A stretch of DNA of 64,000 nt from a virus (lineage: Duplodnaviria; Caudoviricetes): positions 64,001 through 128,000 of the IMG/VR virus record IMGVR_UViG_3300010429_000387; one strand, given 5' to 3'. The translations under genes and the position numbers were made by a program. How positions within the stretch are numbered: the first letter of the stretch is position 1; each line of letters opens with the position of its first letter. Below, one piece after another: positions 14,986 through 27,134 of this stretch. A model generated the notes under the pieces. That model saw only the letters and a program-made list of their open reading frames with translations. It did not search any database and had not been told where the DNA came from.

Positions 14986-15337
14986 GGGGACGACAGGTTT
15001 CGACGGGGTACTGAAAGAATTTCCTGCGTGTAGGCGGCTCTCGACCCGCCTCGACCAATCGAGAAAAACACAAGTGCCAACGACAATAGCACTGCTTTCA
15101 CCGCCAAGGCGGCCTGATAGCCGATCCAACCCCAGGTAGTCCTAGTAGGGATACGGGTCGTCAACCACAAGGGCTGGTCTTCTCCTCGGGCTTCCGGGGG
15201 AGTGGACGAGATAGACAGGGAGATAGGTCGCTGGCCGAATCCACGAACCCCGCCGGGAGGGTAGACCGGCTACACACGTAAACGAAGGAATTTCATAGGT
15301 ATCTCGGACCCGAGTTCGATTCTCGGCGTCTCCACCA
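14986..15337 (+). ncRNA. ssrA: tmRNA
   Basis: 5' GGGGACGA..TTCGACGG, G3-U, 3' T-arm and TCCACCA; tag ANDNSTAFTAKAA-TGA-TAG from 15076. Confidence 0.95.
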
Positions 15338-15455
15338 AGTTTCCGGCACATCAGCCGTCTTGGCGGACCCCCAAGCAAAGGCTCTGGAGGTCCCACTCAT
15401 GGGACCCTCTTAGGAGAGACAAGAACCATGAGAAAGAGAAGACGAAGGTGATGCC

Positions 15456-16019
15456 ATGGAGACCCGAACACTGCTTCTGAATTCTTGGGGCCTGCCCCAC
15501 GCAATCCTCGACTGGTACGACGCTATCTGCTTGGTCTACCAGGAGAAGGTGGTTGTCATGGAGGAGTACGATCAGACCGTCAGCTCCCCCTCAACCACGT
15601 ACTTCATTCCGGCTGTCATGCAGCTCAAGAAGTCCGTTGCGAGTGTGAAGAAGGGTGTGAAGTTCTCCCGGATCAACATCTTCTCTCGTGACGGGTTCAA
15701 GTGCCAATACTGTGGCGAGCGGAAGGTCATGCGTGAGTTGAACTACGACCACGTCATCCCCCGCAAGCAAGGTGGCAAGACCAACTGGGAGAACATCGTC
15801 ACCTGCTGCTACGGCTGCAATGAGCGGAAGGGCGGGAGGACTCCCGAGCAGGCTGGAATGCACCTTCTTCGGAAGCCAGCCAAGCCCCACTCTCTCCCCC
15901 TTCATGCGGTCTTCATAGACGGCAGCAAGGTACCCTCGGCTTGGGCTCCCTACCTGGACTGGGCCAAGGCTCAGCCTCACGGAACGGGATTCTACCTCGT
16001 AGGTGCTAGTGCCGCCTGA
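15456..16019 (+). CDS. HNH endonuclease (McrA-like family)
   Basis: LLLN, RDGFKCQYCG, DHVIP..GG.TNWENIVTCC..CN. Confidence 0.92.
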   Translation: METRTLLLNSWGLPHAILDWYDAICLVYQEKVVVMEEYDQTVSSPSTTYFIPAVMQLKKSVASVKKGVKFSRINIFSRDGFKCQYCGERKVMRELNYDHVIPRKQGGKTNWENIVTCCYGCNERKGGRTPEQAGMHLLRKPAKPHSLPLHAVFIDGSKVPSAWAPYLDWAKAQPHGTGFYLVGASAA

Positions 16020-16023
16020 CTGG

Positions 16024-16056
16024 AAGATGGGGACTCGAAGTGAGTCTCCATCTTTT
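16024..16056 (+). terminator. intrinsic terminator
   Basis: AAGATGGGGACTC/GAGTCTCCATCTT hairpin + T-run. Confidence 0.7.
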
Positions 16057-16087
16057 CCTCTTCTATCTCGGGTAGTTAGGTCCCGAG

Positions 16088-16285
16088 ATGAAAACCAAGA
16101 GAGCCACCATCGAGGTTGCCATGTCCGATGTGACGTGCGTCGAGTGTGGTACTCGGATCGTCAAGGGTCGGACCTTCACCCTTCTTCAAGCAGACCACCA
16201 GAGCCCGGAACAGGAACCCTACTGCATGGGGTGCCTGAATCGGCACATTGTCATGGCCCTCGAACTTTTCTTGGTCGAGAGGTAG
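16088..16285 (+). CDS. small zinc-finger protein
   Basis: CVECG...CMGC. Confidence 0.65.
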   Translation: MKTKRATIEVAMSDVTCVECGTRIVKGRTFTLLQADHQSPEQEPYCMGCLNRHIVMALELFLVER

Positions 16286-16461
16286 CGGTTCTGGTGTAGT
16301 AGGACTTGGGACTGCGCTTCGGCTTGAGTCCCTGCTGTAAATGGCGGAGCCGCACCCACAAGGTTTGGGCAAAGTCACGGACGTAACGGAAACCTGTTGG
16401 GATTTGAGAGGGTTCTGTCCAACCTCTACATCCTAGCAACAACTCCCACGTTAGTGATGGT

Positions 16462-18000
16462 GTGTCCATGCCTATGCAAATCAAGCCCCAGTTCACGTTC
16501 GAGCAGGTTCGTTTCGACCAGGAGAACCCCGTCCACCTCGTCTTGAGTGTGGAGGCCCCTAAGAGCGACTGGCAACAGAACCGCCCCCCTCTTTGCCTCA
16601 TCCCCGTTCTCGACATCTCTGGGTCGATGTCGGGACCCAAGCTCGACTACGCCAAGAAGAGCCTCTTGAAGCTGGTGGAGCATCTCTCGGCTGATGACTT
16701 CTTCGGGCTGGTGAGCTTCAGCTCCAATGCTCGGGTGGACTTCGAGCCTGGGAAGATGACTCCTGAGCGCAAGGAGCAGGCTCGGGCGATCATCGGGAAG
16801 TACCACACGGAAGGGTCCACCAACTTCTCTGGTGGGATGCTCCTGGGTCTCCAGCTTGCCAACAAGCTCGACCTGCCCGAGGCCACCCTGGTCCGGGTCA
16901 TCATGTTCACCGACGGCCAGCCCACCCATGGGGTGACCGATCAGAAGGGCCTCTGTGACCTTCTGGGGAAGCAATCTGGTCGAGCCTCCGTGTCGGCCTT
17001 CGGGTACGGCGAGGATGCCTGCCAGGAGCTTCTTCTTGAGTTGTCCTCTGCGGGCAAGGGAAACTATGCCTTCGTCAAGGACCCCGATGCTGCTTTGGCT
17101 GCCTTCGGGAAAGAACTCGGTGGTCTTCTGAGCACCTACGCTCAGGATGTGGTCATCGAGCTTGCCCCTCATCACGGGCATCAGATCGTTGAGGTCCTGT
17201 CCGATGCCGATGTGGAGGAGGAGACCACGGGTGAGGTCCGGATCAAGGTACCTCATCTTCTGTCCGAGGAGACTCTGAGCCTCGTCCTGTCCGTCAAGCT
17301 GGCGGCTCAGAAGCAGCCTGGCCCCCGCCAGGTCAATGCCTTCGATGCCAAGCTGACCTACCAGGTCCTCACGGCTGAAGGGAAGCTCGAAGCTCGAACC
17401 GATGAGGCCAAGGCCAAGGTTCAGTTCGTCAAGCCGGGTGAGGAGCAGGTCAAGCCCACTCCGGCAGTGGACGAGATCGTGGCCCGAGCCCAGCTCGTGA
17501 AGGCACAGATCGAAGCTGAGGCGGCTGCCAAGCGAGGGGACTACAAGACTGCTGGAGCGGTCTTCAAGGGTCTCAACTTGGCTGACCGAGGTCATGTTGG
17601 GGTGGCAGCAGTAGCCGACCACGTTCAGCACCTCTATGCCTCCCCGGCCTCCTTCAACGCTTCGGCTGGGAACCGGATCGGAATGCGTCGGGCGATGACC
17701 CGTGGAGTTGGGGCTTCGGCCTTGGCTGCTGAGGATGAGGCAGTGCTCGGCTTCGCCGGGTACACAGTCTCGAACCAGGTCCAGGCAGAGACCGCCCAGC
17801 GCTTCTCTGGTGGGGATCAGGTCGCTCCGGTTGACCTTGGGGTGGGTACCTCAAGTTCAACCCCAACCCCTGACCCAGTCGGGAACCCGCTTCTCTTCGT
17901 ACCGGCTGTGGTTACGTTGCCCCCGGATCAAGTTTCTCCGGTTCCGTCCGCCGAACCGGAGAAGCCTCGGCTTGCAAAGAGCCGAAGCCAGCGATGGTGA
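16462..18000 (+). CDS. VWA-domain protein (YfbK/CLCA-like)
   Basis: MIDAS DISGSM, GSTNF, MFTDGQP, SAFGYG. Confidence 0.9.
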   Translation: MSMPMQIKPQFTFEQVRFDQENPVHLVLSVEAPKSDWQQNRPPLCLIPVLDISGSMSGPKLDYAKKSLLKLVEHLSADDFFGLVSFSSNARVDFEPGKMTPERKEQARAIIGKYHTEGSTNFSGGMLLGLQLANKLDLPEATLVRVIMFTDGQPTHGVTDQKGLCDLLGKQSGRASVSAFGYGEDACQELLLELSSAGKGNYAFVKDPDAALAAFGKELGGLLSTYAQDVVIELAPHHGHQIVEVLSDADVEEETTGEVRIKVPHLLSEETLSLVLSVKLAAQKQPGPRQVNAFDAKLTYQVLTAEGKLEARTDEAKAKVQFVKPGEEQVKPTPAVDEIVARAQLVKAQIEAEAAAKRGDYKTAGAVFKGLNLADRGHVGVAAVADHVQHLYASPASFNASAGNRIGMRRAMTRGVGASALAAEDEAVLGFAGYTVSNQVQAETAQRFSGGDQVAPVDLGVGTSSSTPTPDPVGNPLLFVPAVVTLPPDQVSPVPSAEPEKPRLAKSRSQRW

Positions 18001-18029
18001 GCCCAACACCCAGATGTAGATGAAGCAGG

Positions 18030-18053
18030 AGCCCGGCCACAAGCCGGGCTTTC
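18030..18053 (+). terminator. intrinsic terminator
   Basis: AGCCCGGC-CACAA-GCCGGGCT-TTC. Confidence 0.55.
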
Positions 18054-18078
18054 TGCGCTTCTGGTGTAACTGCTGGGC

Positions 18079-18642
18079 ATGAAGAACAATGAAATCTATG
18101 TCTCCACCGATGTGGAGACTGATGGGCCGATCCCCGGCCCGAACTCAATGCTGAGCCTGGGGGCTGCTGCCTACCGGGCCGACAAGACCCTGGTAAGCAC
18201 CTTCTCGGTCAACCTGGAGACCCTTCCTGGGGCCTCTGGCAACCCCGAGACGATGGCTTGGTGGGCTGGACGACCCCACCAGTGGGCGGAGTGCCGGAAG
18301 GAGCCCAAGGGGGCGAAGGAGGCCATGACGGCCTATGTCGAGTGGGTCGAGAAGCTGGGGGGCACCCCGGTCTTCGTCGGGTACCCGGCAACCTTCGACT
18401 TCCTTTTTGTGTACTGGTACATGATCAACTTTGTGGGGAGAAGCCCCTTCAGCTTCTCCGCCCTCGACATCAAGAGCTACACGATGGCAGTCCTCAAGAC
18501 CCCCTTTCGAGGGAGTACCAAGAGGAACATGCCAGGGAAGTGGTTTCAGGGTCTCCCGAAGCACACTCACGTTGCATTGGACGACGCCATCGAGCAAGGA
18601 GCCCTGTTCTGCAACATCCTTGCGGACAATCTTGGAAGGTAA
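18079..18642 (+). CDS. DEDDh 3'-5' exo(ribo)nuclease
   Basis: [17 protein letters not shown]. Confidence 0.9.
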   Translation: MKNNEIYVSTDVETDGPIPGPNSMLSLGAAAYRADKTLVSTFSVNLETLPGASGNPETMAWWAGRPHQWAECRKEPKGAKEAMTAYVEWVEKLGGTPVFVGYPATFDFLFVYWYMINFVGRSPFSFSALDIKSYTMAVLKTPFRGSTKRNMPGKWFQGLPKHTHVALDDAIEQGALFCNILADNLGR

Positions 18643-18723
18643 ACCTGCCTCGGGGTGGGCGCCGCCTTGAAAGCGGATGGGTGGTGATGAGCCACTGGGG
18701 TTCGAGTCCTCTGCCTTCCGCCA
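18634..18723 (+). tRNA. tRNA-Ser(TGA), 8/4 fold
   Basis: GGAAGGTA/TGCCTTCC, T-stem GGGG/CCTC, loop CTTGAAA, GCCA. Confidence 0.82.
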
Positions 18724-18968
18724 TGCACATCAAGCCAGGCATCTGTGGGATCTGTGGTGTGGCCGTGGTTCAACCTGAGTCAGAGGACCCTGGTTGGCAC
18801 AACGGCCACCTCTTTGAGCGAAAGCTCAAGCCAAATCAAACGAAGTTCACCGAGCTGGTCTTGGTGCGGGTTCGTTGTATGGCGCACAAGGAGTCCGGGG
18901 ACCCCCGGTACTACGACCGAGACGGGAACGTTCGGGATGATCGATGGCCTGGTGAACTCGTTTGCTAG
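18723..18968 (+). CDS. hypothetical zinc-binding protein
   Basis: MHIKPGICGICG...CMAH. Confidence 0.55.
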   Translation: MHIKPGICGICGVAVVQPESEDPGWHNGHLFERKLKPNQTKFTELVLVRVRCMAHKESGDPRYYDRDGNVRDDRWPGELVC

Positions 18969-19022
18969 CCCTACTTCATTACGGTCAGTCAGGTTGTCCT
19001 TTTGGGGTATTAACCCCAACCA

Positions 19023-21076
<2,054 letters not shown>

Positions 21077-21116
21077 AAACTTGGCCCCTCCTTCTTCTTC
21101 GGGTGATGCTGGCGGC

Positions 21117-21305
21117 ATGGAACCAGTTCATCCTCAGTTCAAGGAGGGGTTGACCCTCGGGCTCTTCTTCGGGGTTGTGCTCTTCGGCCTCTTCTGCATC
21201 GCCCTTCAAACGTTCAACTCTTGGTACGATTCCAGTTATCGCCCCGACAAGGTGTGGACCAGAGGCTCAGCTTCATGCCGGGGAAGCACCGTCCCCACCG
21301 AATGA
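21117..21305 (+). CDS. small membrane protein
   Basis: Single hydrophobic segment LTLGLFFGVVLFGLFCIAL. Confidence 0.5.
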   Translation: MEPVHPQFKEGLTLGLFFGVVLFGLFCIALQTFNSWYDSSYRPDKVWTRGSASCRGSTVPTE

Positions 21306-21649
21306 CCCAGAATGAAACCCCTGATCTCACCAGGGCAATCATGGGGGTCATCCGTGGGCAGGCTTCTTGTGAGAGGGGTTATGCCCGAGACTTGCCCTAC
21401 GTTTGGCTCCACGGTGAGAATGGGATCAACATCGTGGTCCGGGCCGATGACTGGGCAAAGGTCATCCCCTACCTTCGGGATGGGTCCTTTGACCCGACCA
21501 TCGTCCCTGTGGCGAGGCAAGTGGTGTTGAACCCCCCAATTCGGTTCGATGGGGCTCTTCTGGACCAGAATGACCAGGAACTCTACGACCGGATCAAGAA
21601 CGTTCTGGACTCGCTGTTTCCCGTCAAGTTCCCTGACGGGCAGATATAG
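21302..21649 (+). CDS. hypothetical protein
   Basis: ATGA overlap with the upstream gene. Confidence 0.65.
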   Translation: MTQNETPDLTRAIMGVIRGQASCERGYARDLPYVWLHGENGINIVVRADDWAKVIPYLRDGSFDPTIVPVARQVVLNPPIRFDGALLDQNDQELYDRIKNVLDSLFPVKFPDGQI

Positions 21650-21654
21650 AGGAG

Positions 21655-21897
21655 ATGAAAACCATGGCAAACTTCGACCCCGCTGGCACCACTCCAGGTC
21701 TCTCAGGCACTTCAGAGCCTCAGCCCAAGATTCACCACATGAAGTGCAGAGACGAAGGGTGCCCTTCTTTGCAAGCTATCGAGATCACGCCACCGGTCAG
21801 CAGGGAAAACGCTGGTGCCCCCCATCACCGCACCTACCAGTGCCTACGTTGTAAGCACACTTGGACCATGTCTGTCGGCGGATTTGTGAACCTGTGA
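21655..21897 (+). CDS. zinc-ribbon protein
   Basis: CRDEGC...YQCLRCKHTW; GAGGAG RBS. Confidence 0.75.
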   Translation: MKTMANFDPAGTTPGLSGTSEPQPKIHHMKCRDEGCPSLQAIEITPPVSRENAGAPHHRTYQCLRCKHTWTMSVGGFVNL

Positions 21898-21910
21898 GGC
21901 GGTAGTCTCC

Positions 21911-22621
21911 TTGTCCGAACCACCCAGGGTGGTGCTCATGGACACTGAAGACTTGCGTGCCTTTGAGGGGGACACCCGGAACCAAGTTCCGGGCTTCCAA
22001 GTCGCTTGGAAGACTGATTCCTGGTTGCAGAAAGCCATCGGGCTCTTGCTCCGGGCCTTCAACCCAAGCTACCTCACCAACTTCATCACGACCTTCTACC
22101 CAAAGGTCTACTTTCCCTCCAAGCTGGACTACGAGCGGTCTCCCTCTAGTTCGTTCATTGTTCTTGCTCATGAGCGGGTTCATCTGCTGGATACTCAAGC
22201 CAGTCCAGTATGGTTCCGTGTTTCGTACCTTCTCCCTCAGCTCTTCTTCATCCCCTTCGTGGTTGCTGGGATTGTCACGGCCTTCTTCTCCTGGTGGGCC
22301 GCCTGCATCCTCTTCTTCGTGGGTCTCCTATGCCTAGGCCCCTGGCCTAGCCCCTGGAGGACCCACTGGGAAAAAAGGGGTTACGCCATGACCCTGGCGG
22401 TGTCCTACTGGGCCACAGGGTCTCTTCCTGTTGGTCTTGGGAAGAGTGTTACCAGCCATTTCACTGGCTGGGACTACTATCGGATGTCGTGGAGTGACCG
22501 GGACATGCAGCTCTGGTTGATGGAGACGGCTCAGTCGGTACGTGACGGTACCCTCGTGAAAGACCATGTTTACGCAGATGTTCTGGCCTTCATGCGCCGT
22601 AGGGGTCTGGTGAAAATATGA
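21911..22621 (+). CDS. membrane-associated HExxH metallopeptidase-like protein
   Basis: LAHERVH, two TM helices, WEKRGY. Confidence 0.7.
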   Translation: MSEPPRVVLMDTEDLRAFEGDTRNQVPGFQVAWKTDSWLQKAIGLLLRAFNPSYLTNFITTFYPKVYFPSKLDYERSPSSSFIVLAHERVHLLDTQASPVWFRVSYLLPQLFFIPFVVAGIVTAFFSWWAACILFFVGLLCLGPWPSPWRTHWEKRGYAMTLAVSYWATGSLPVGLGKSVTSHFTGWDYYRMSWSDRDMQLWLMETAQSVRDGTLVKDHVYADVLAFMRRRGLVKI

Positions 22622-22815
22622 CCGATCCCAGCATGGGGACTATGCGGTGTACTCGTAGCGGTTGTACCGGAACTCTCGGTGCGAGTGGGCAGGAGGTAAC
22701 TCGACTGGTCTGTGCCAAGTGCGGGCAGAACTACCAGCTAGTTGTCTTCTTGAAGCCCATCCCACCGAAGGAATCCGAAAACCTCCTACCGCTACCGGTG
22801 ACCAGTGCTGGATGA
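22618..22815 (+). CDS. small zinc-finger protein
   Basis: CTRSGC...CAKCG. Confidence 0.6.
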   Translation: MTDPSMGTMRCTRSGCTGTLGASGQEVTRLVCAKCGQNYQLVVFLKPIPPKESENLLPLPVTSAG

Positions 22816-23755
22816 TGTAATCGGACAAGACCAGGCAGTTCGCTACCTTCGAGAGGTAGTGACTGGTCGTGTTCAGAACCCTCTCCTTCTAGTGGGGGAG
22901 GAGGGTACTGGACGAAAGTTCGCAGTCATCGAGACGATCAAGGAAGTCGTTGCCTCGAAGAAGGGTCCCTCTAGTCCGGATGTAGTCCAGGTGGCGCAAG
23001 GTGCCCACCCTGATGTGATGGTTGTGGCACCCCAAGCAGACAAGGAGCTTGGGGTGGATCCCATCCGAGAACTGGTCTCAAGGGCTGGGAATCACCCTAT
23101 TTCAGCTCCGTGTCGTTTCTTTCTTGTGGATGGGGCAGACCGGATGACACCTGCTGCTGCCAATGCCATTCTCAAGACCCTAGAGGAGCCCCACGCTCAG
23201 GCCCGCTTCTTTCTACTGGCTGAGTCGTTCGACCGTGTGATTCCTACCATCCGGTCGAGATGCGGAAGGGTCAACTTCAGGAAGCTCCCTGAATCCTTCA
23301 TTGTCTCGAAACTCAGCCGGTTCGAGAGTAATCCCGGTAAAGCCCTTGTCTACGCCCGTATGGGAGAAGGCTCGATAGGTCGAGCTACTCGGTACTGGGG
23401 ATCAGGCCGACTTTCCATCAGGGATCGTGTATTCAACATGCTTCAACTGGGAGTGCAGGGAGACCTGTCATCTGCTTTTTCTGTAGTGGATGAACTGAGC
23501 AAGGATCTCCCACTGGCCCTTCGGTTCCTGATTTTCCTAGTGCATGACGTTATGATCTCTGGAATCGACCCTCAGCGAGTCATCAACCAAGACCTAGAAG
23601 AAGACCTTTCAACCATGAGGGTACGAGCAGGGACAACCTTCATCCCCAACCTGTGGGTGGAACTCAAACTCGTACACGAGCGGTTCGAGTCCTCTTACGT
23701 CAACCTCGCATTCCAGCTCAAGACAGCCCTGGCAACTGCCACACTTGGCGGGTGA
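22805..23755 (+). CDS. holB: DNA polymerase III delta' (clamp loader)
   Basis: VIGQ, HPDV, ADRMT..AANAILKTLEEP, TIRSRC. Confidence 0.92.
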   Translation: MLDDVIGQDQAVRYLREVVTGRVQNPLLLVGEEGTGRKFAVIETIKEVVASKKGPSSPDVVQVAQGAHPDVMVVAPQADKELGVDPIRELVSRAGNHPISAPCRFFLVDGADRMTPAAANAILKTLEEPHAQARFFLLAESFDRVIPTIRSRCGRVNFRKLPESFIVSKLSRFESNPGKALVYARMGEGSIGRATRYWGSGRLSIRDRVFNMLQLGVQGDLSSAFSVVDELSKDLPLALRFLIFLVHDVMISGIDPQRVINQDLEEDLSTMRVRAGTTFIPNLWVELKLVHERFESSYVNLAFQLKTALATATLGG

Positions 23756-23762
23756 TTGACCT

Positions 23763-24743
23763 ATGGGGTACCGGTACACCACGCCTATAGTTGTGTCTTT
23801 CGGGGAGGAGACCTTCTTCCTCGACCGGGACTTCAACTCCTTCAGAGACCAGCCCAAGGCGTTGGTGACCGTACTGGATGGGGCTGAGGTTTCCGAGGCT
23901 GAGGTTGTCTCCGTCTGTGAGACTTTCCAGGTGGACTTTGAGGACCCCTCCAACATCAAGCCTCGGGTCATTGTGGTGGATAACGCCCACAAGCTCAAGC
24001 CGGAGAAGTTGGTCAAGGCTTACGTCGATAGTCGTGAATCTTCAGATACTTCTGCTGTTTTGGCTCTTGTTCACAGGTCTGACAAGTGCCCGGCCTTCTG
24101 GACGAAGTTCGGGAACAAGGTGACTCTCCGTGAGCACAAGAAGCTCAAGACCTGGGACAACAACAACGAGGTTGTGAAGTGGATTCAGGCTGAGGCTGAG
24201 AGAATCGGGCTCAACTTGGATGGGAAGATCGCCCTGGCTATGTTCCAGGTTGCCGGGGACGACCTTTATGTACTCTTCAGTGAGCTGCGAAAGCTCAGAC
24301 TCCTTGTTGGGGCCAAGAACCCCGTCAAGGTCGAGCATCTTCAGCTTATCATGACCCCAGCTTCTACGGTGGCTCCGTGGGATGTGGCTGACGCTGCGTT
24401 CACCAAGAACAAGCGAAAAGCCATGAACGCACTGACATCACTGTACAAGTTTGCGTCAGATGATCCTTCCCTTCAAGTCTTGGGCGCCCTCATGAAGAGT
24501 GCTGAACGGCTCTTTGTGGCTCGATCCATGATGGATAAGGGGGCTGGTGCGGAGGAAGTGGCTGCCCGTTTGGGGGTTCATCCATACCGATACCAGATGG
24601 CGCTTCAACCCCAGGTCGAGAAACAGACGACCATGGGGCTGATGCGGACAATGCAGATACTATCCAGATTGGATGTAGAGCTGAAGCGGACAAGCCACAG
24701 GCGGACCCTGGTGGAGTTGGCCGTCCTCAACCTCGCCACTTGA
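23763..24743 (+). CDS. holA: DNA polymerase III delta (clamp loader)
   Basis: FGEETFF, GDDL..L.SEL.KL, LGVHPY, D.ELK. Confidence 0.85.
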   Translation: MGYRYTTPIVVSFGEETFFLDRDFNSFRDQPKALVTVLDGAEVSEAEVVSVCETFQVDFEDPSNIKPRVIVVDNAHKLKPEKLVKAYVDSRESSDTSAVLALVHRSDKCPAFWTKFGNKVTLREHKKLKTWDNNNEVVKWIQAEAERIGLNLDGKIALAMFQVAGDDLYVLFSELRKLRLLVGAKNPVKVEHLQLIMTPASTVAPWDVADAAFTKNKRKAMNALTSLYKFASDDPSLQVLGALMKSAERLFVARSMMDKGAGAEEVAARLGVHPYRYQMALQPQVEKQTTMGLMRTMQILSRLDVELKRTSHRRTLVELAVLNLAT

Positions 24744-24758
24744 AGGAGTTGGGCTCCA

Positions 24759-26702
24759 ATGTTGATCCTCCAGACCTCACCACAACCGACCAAGTTCAGT
24801 CTCTCAGAAGACTTCCTGTCCCCTTACTATCGAAAGGGTGACCCCTTCCAGAGTCTTCTGGCACGCTCGACCTACCTCACGAAATACTGCCGTGGGGGCG
24901 AGGTGTGGACTGATACGGTTCGTAGGGTGGTCGAGGCCAACCTTTCCCTCGCTTCTCACGTCGATGAGGGTGAGGCGAAGATGCTCTTCCACCTCTTCTG
25001 GACGGGTCAGGCGCTCCCTCCAGGTCGTGGCCTCTGGACTGGTGGCATTGAGGGAATCCCAGCGGATGCTCGCTACAACTGCTGGTACACGACCCTCTAC
25101 GGGATTGATGACTGGTGCTGGACAGCGAACCAGCTCATGCTCGGGGGCGGCGTAGGTGTTGGACTCGGGGACGTGAAGTCCCTCCCTGTGGTTCAGGGTC
25201 AGCCTGAGTCCAGACTGGCGATCTGGTGCTTGGACAGTCACCCCAATGTGAATGAGGTCAAGCCCAACCCGAAGTCCTTCCTGAACGGCCAGACCCCCAT
25301 TCTCCGAGTCCCGGATTCTCGTGAGGGTTGGGTCGAAGCCCTTCGAGCAGTCCTGACGGCCGCCTTCAACGCCAAGGACCTCATCATTGACGTTTCTGAA
25401 GTCCGTGCCCGAGGACTCCCCATCCGGACCTTCGGCGGCATTGCTTGTGGCCCTGGCCCCCTCACCCAGCTTCTCAGGAGTGCCTGGAACATCGTTCGTG
25501 GTGCCTCTGGGAGGCGTCTCAACAGCGTTGAGGCCCTGGACATCACCAACTACATCGGTCTGTGCATCAAGGCCGGGAACGTTCGTAGGTCAGCCCTCAT
25601 CGCCCTCGGGGATGCAGACGACCAGGACTTCCGTGATGCCAAGAAGGACATGGATCAGGTCATCTCCCATCGGCACACGTCGAACAACACAATCGTCTTC
25701 CGCTCCTGGGCTCAGATCCATGGGTTCGACTGGAAGGCCCTTGTTCATGACATGGCCGAGAACGGCTCTGGGGAGCCCGGCATCCTGAACCTCCCCCTCG
25801 GTTGGCAGCGGGACCCCGGTGCCCGTGGGGTCAACCCCTGTGGCGAACAGCTCCTCCATGACCGTGAAGCCTGCAACCTGGCAGAGGTCTTCCCCGCCAA
25901 GTTCGAGGACTCCACCAACCCTGACCTGGTCTTCCGGCTGGTCACCCGCTATTGCCTTCGTCAGCGACTCACCCCCCTGTCCGACTCCAGGAGTCAAGAG
26001 GTCGGGTCGGCCAACATGCGAGTTGGCGTTGGCCTGGGAGGTCTTTGCGACTTCTCATGGACGAAGCCACAGCTCAACCGTTGGTATTCCATGTGCCGTG
26101 AGGAGGCCACTCGCTACGCCAGGGAGCTTGGAGTTAACGCTCCCATCACGGTGACCACGGTGAAGCCCTCAGGGACCATCTCGCTCCTCAACGGATCTTC
26201 TCCTGGCATTCATGCCCCCTACGCAAGCCACTACATCCGCCGGACCCGGATCGCCAAGAACGACCCAATGGCAATGGCAATGATGGAGGCCGGTGTCCCA
26301 TTTGAGGAGGACATCTACGACAAGAGTGGGCATACCTGGGTCTTCGCATTCCCAATGAAGTCCGCTTCCACGCTCACCGTTCAGAACGAGACCATTCGGG
26401 ATCAGTTCCAGCGTCAAAAGGATGTCCAGGAAGCCTGGGCAGATAACGCTGTCTCTGCCACTCTGTCCTTCTCTCAGGATGAGACTTCTGAGTTGGCTGA
26501 TTGCCTGAAGGAGTACGTGCCCTTTCTGAAGAGCACGTCTACACTTCCCAAGGCCCACGGCTACGCTCAGGCTCCCTACGAGGCGATCACTCCAAGCCAG
26601 TATGAACACCTCTACGCTCAGATCGAGCATGGGCACCCTCTCGTCCGTGGTGGGGACATGGAAGCCGAAGAGTGCTCGGGAGGCGTCTGCCCCGTTCGTT
26701 GA
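24759..26702 (+). CDS. nrdJ: class II (B12-dependent, RTPR-type) ribonucleotide reductase
   Basis: PPGRGLW, NCW, GNVRRSA, NPCGEQ, CNLAE, TVKPSGT, C-terminal CSGGVCPVR. Confidence 0.93.
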   Translation: MLILQTSPQPTKFSLSEDFLSPYYRKGDPFQSLLARSTYLTKYCRGGEVWTDTVRRVVEANLSLASHVDEGEAKMLFHLFWTGQALPPGRGLWTGGIEGIPADARYNCWYTTLYGIDDWCWTANQLMLGGGVGVGLGDVKSLPVVQGQPESRLAIWCLDSHPNVNEVKPNPKSFLNGQTPILRVPDSREGWVEALRAVLTAAFNAKDLIIDVSEVRARGLPIRTFGGIACGPGPLTQLLRSAWNIVRGASGRRLNSVEALDITNYIGLCIKAGNVRRSALIALGDADDQDFRDAKKDMDQVISHRHTSNNTIVFRSWAQIHGFDWKALVHDMAENGSGEPGILNLPLGWQRDPGARGVNPCGEQLLHDREACNLAEVFPAKFEDSTNPDLVFRLVTRYCLRQRLTPLSDSRSQEVGSANMRVGVGLGGLCDFSWTKPQLNRWYSMCREEATRYARELGVNAPITVTTVKPSGTISLLNGSSPGIHAPYASHYIRRTRIAKNDPMAMAMMEAGVPFEEDIYDKSGHTWVFAFPMKSASTLTVQNETIRDQFQRQKDVQEAWADNAVSATLSFSQDETSELADCLKEYVPFLKSTSTLPKAHGYAQAPYEAITPSQYEHLYAQIEHGHPLVRGGDMEAEECSGGVCPVR

Positions 26703-26797
26703 CCGAAGAACTACCCCTCTTGAAGCCTCCCCCGGTGTTACTGTGGGGAGGCTTCGGCCATTTTGCTCCTCACTCAACCCCGCAAGTCGAGGTCATC

Positions 26798-27127
26798 GTG
26801 TCACAAGAAACTGAAGTGGATTTCAAGACCCTCGGTGTATACCTAGTCGAAGGTGTAGCAGAAGTTGACCCCATGACGGATAGGGCCTACGTAAGTACCG
26901 TAGACCAGCAGGGAAACCACATCGAGTTCGACCCGGTTCCGGTCCTTAGGCAGTTCAAGGGGCAAGAGATCCGAGTCGTGATCGTTCCGTTGGCTTCGGT
27001 GGCCCAACTGGAGGAGCTGGCCCGGAAGGTTGAGTCCCAGGGGGAGCAGGTCAAGGTTGTGGACCCCCCTCAGCTATCCAACGAACCCCCAGCACCCATC
27101 ACGGGGTCCGACCCAACATCCAACTGA
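26798..27127 (+). CDS. hypothetical protein
   Basis: GAGG RBS + GTG at 26798. Confidence 0.6.
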   Translation: MSQETEVDFKTLGVYLVEGVAEVDPMTDRAYVSTVDQQGNHIEFDPVPVLRQFKGQEIRVVIVPLASVAQLEELARKVESQGEQVKVVDPPQLSNEPPAPITGSDPTSN

Positions 27128-27134
27128 GGTACCC

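Noticed and set aside
16283-16402. c-di-GMP-I riboswitch-like GGGCAAA..GACGTAA upstream of the VWA gene
   Set aside because: P2 is too short, with no GNRA/receptor or P3; hairpins exist but the assignment is unsupported
16462-18000. VWA protein as the Ro60 partner
   Set aside because: The VWA domain is N-terminal with no TROVE helical ring before it; YfbK/CLCA-like instead
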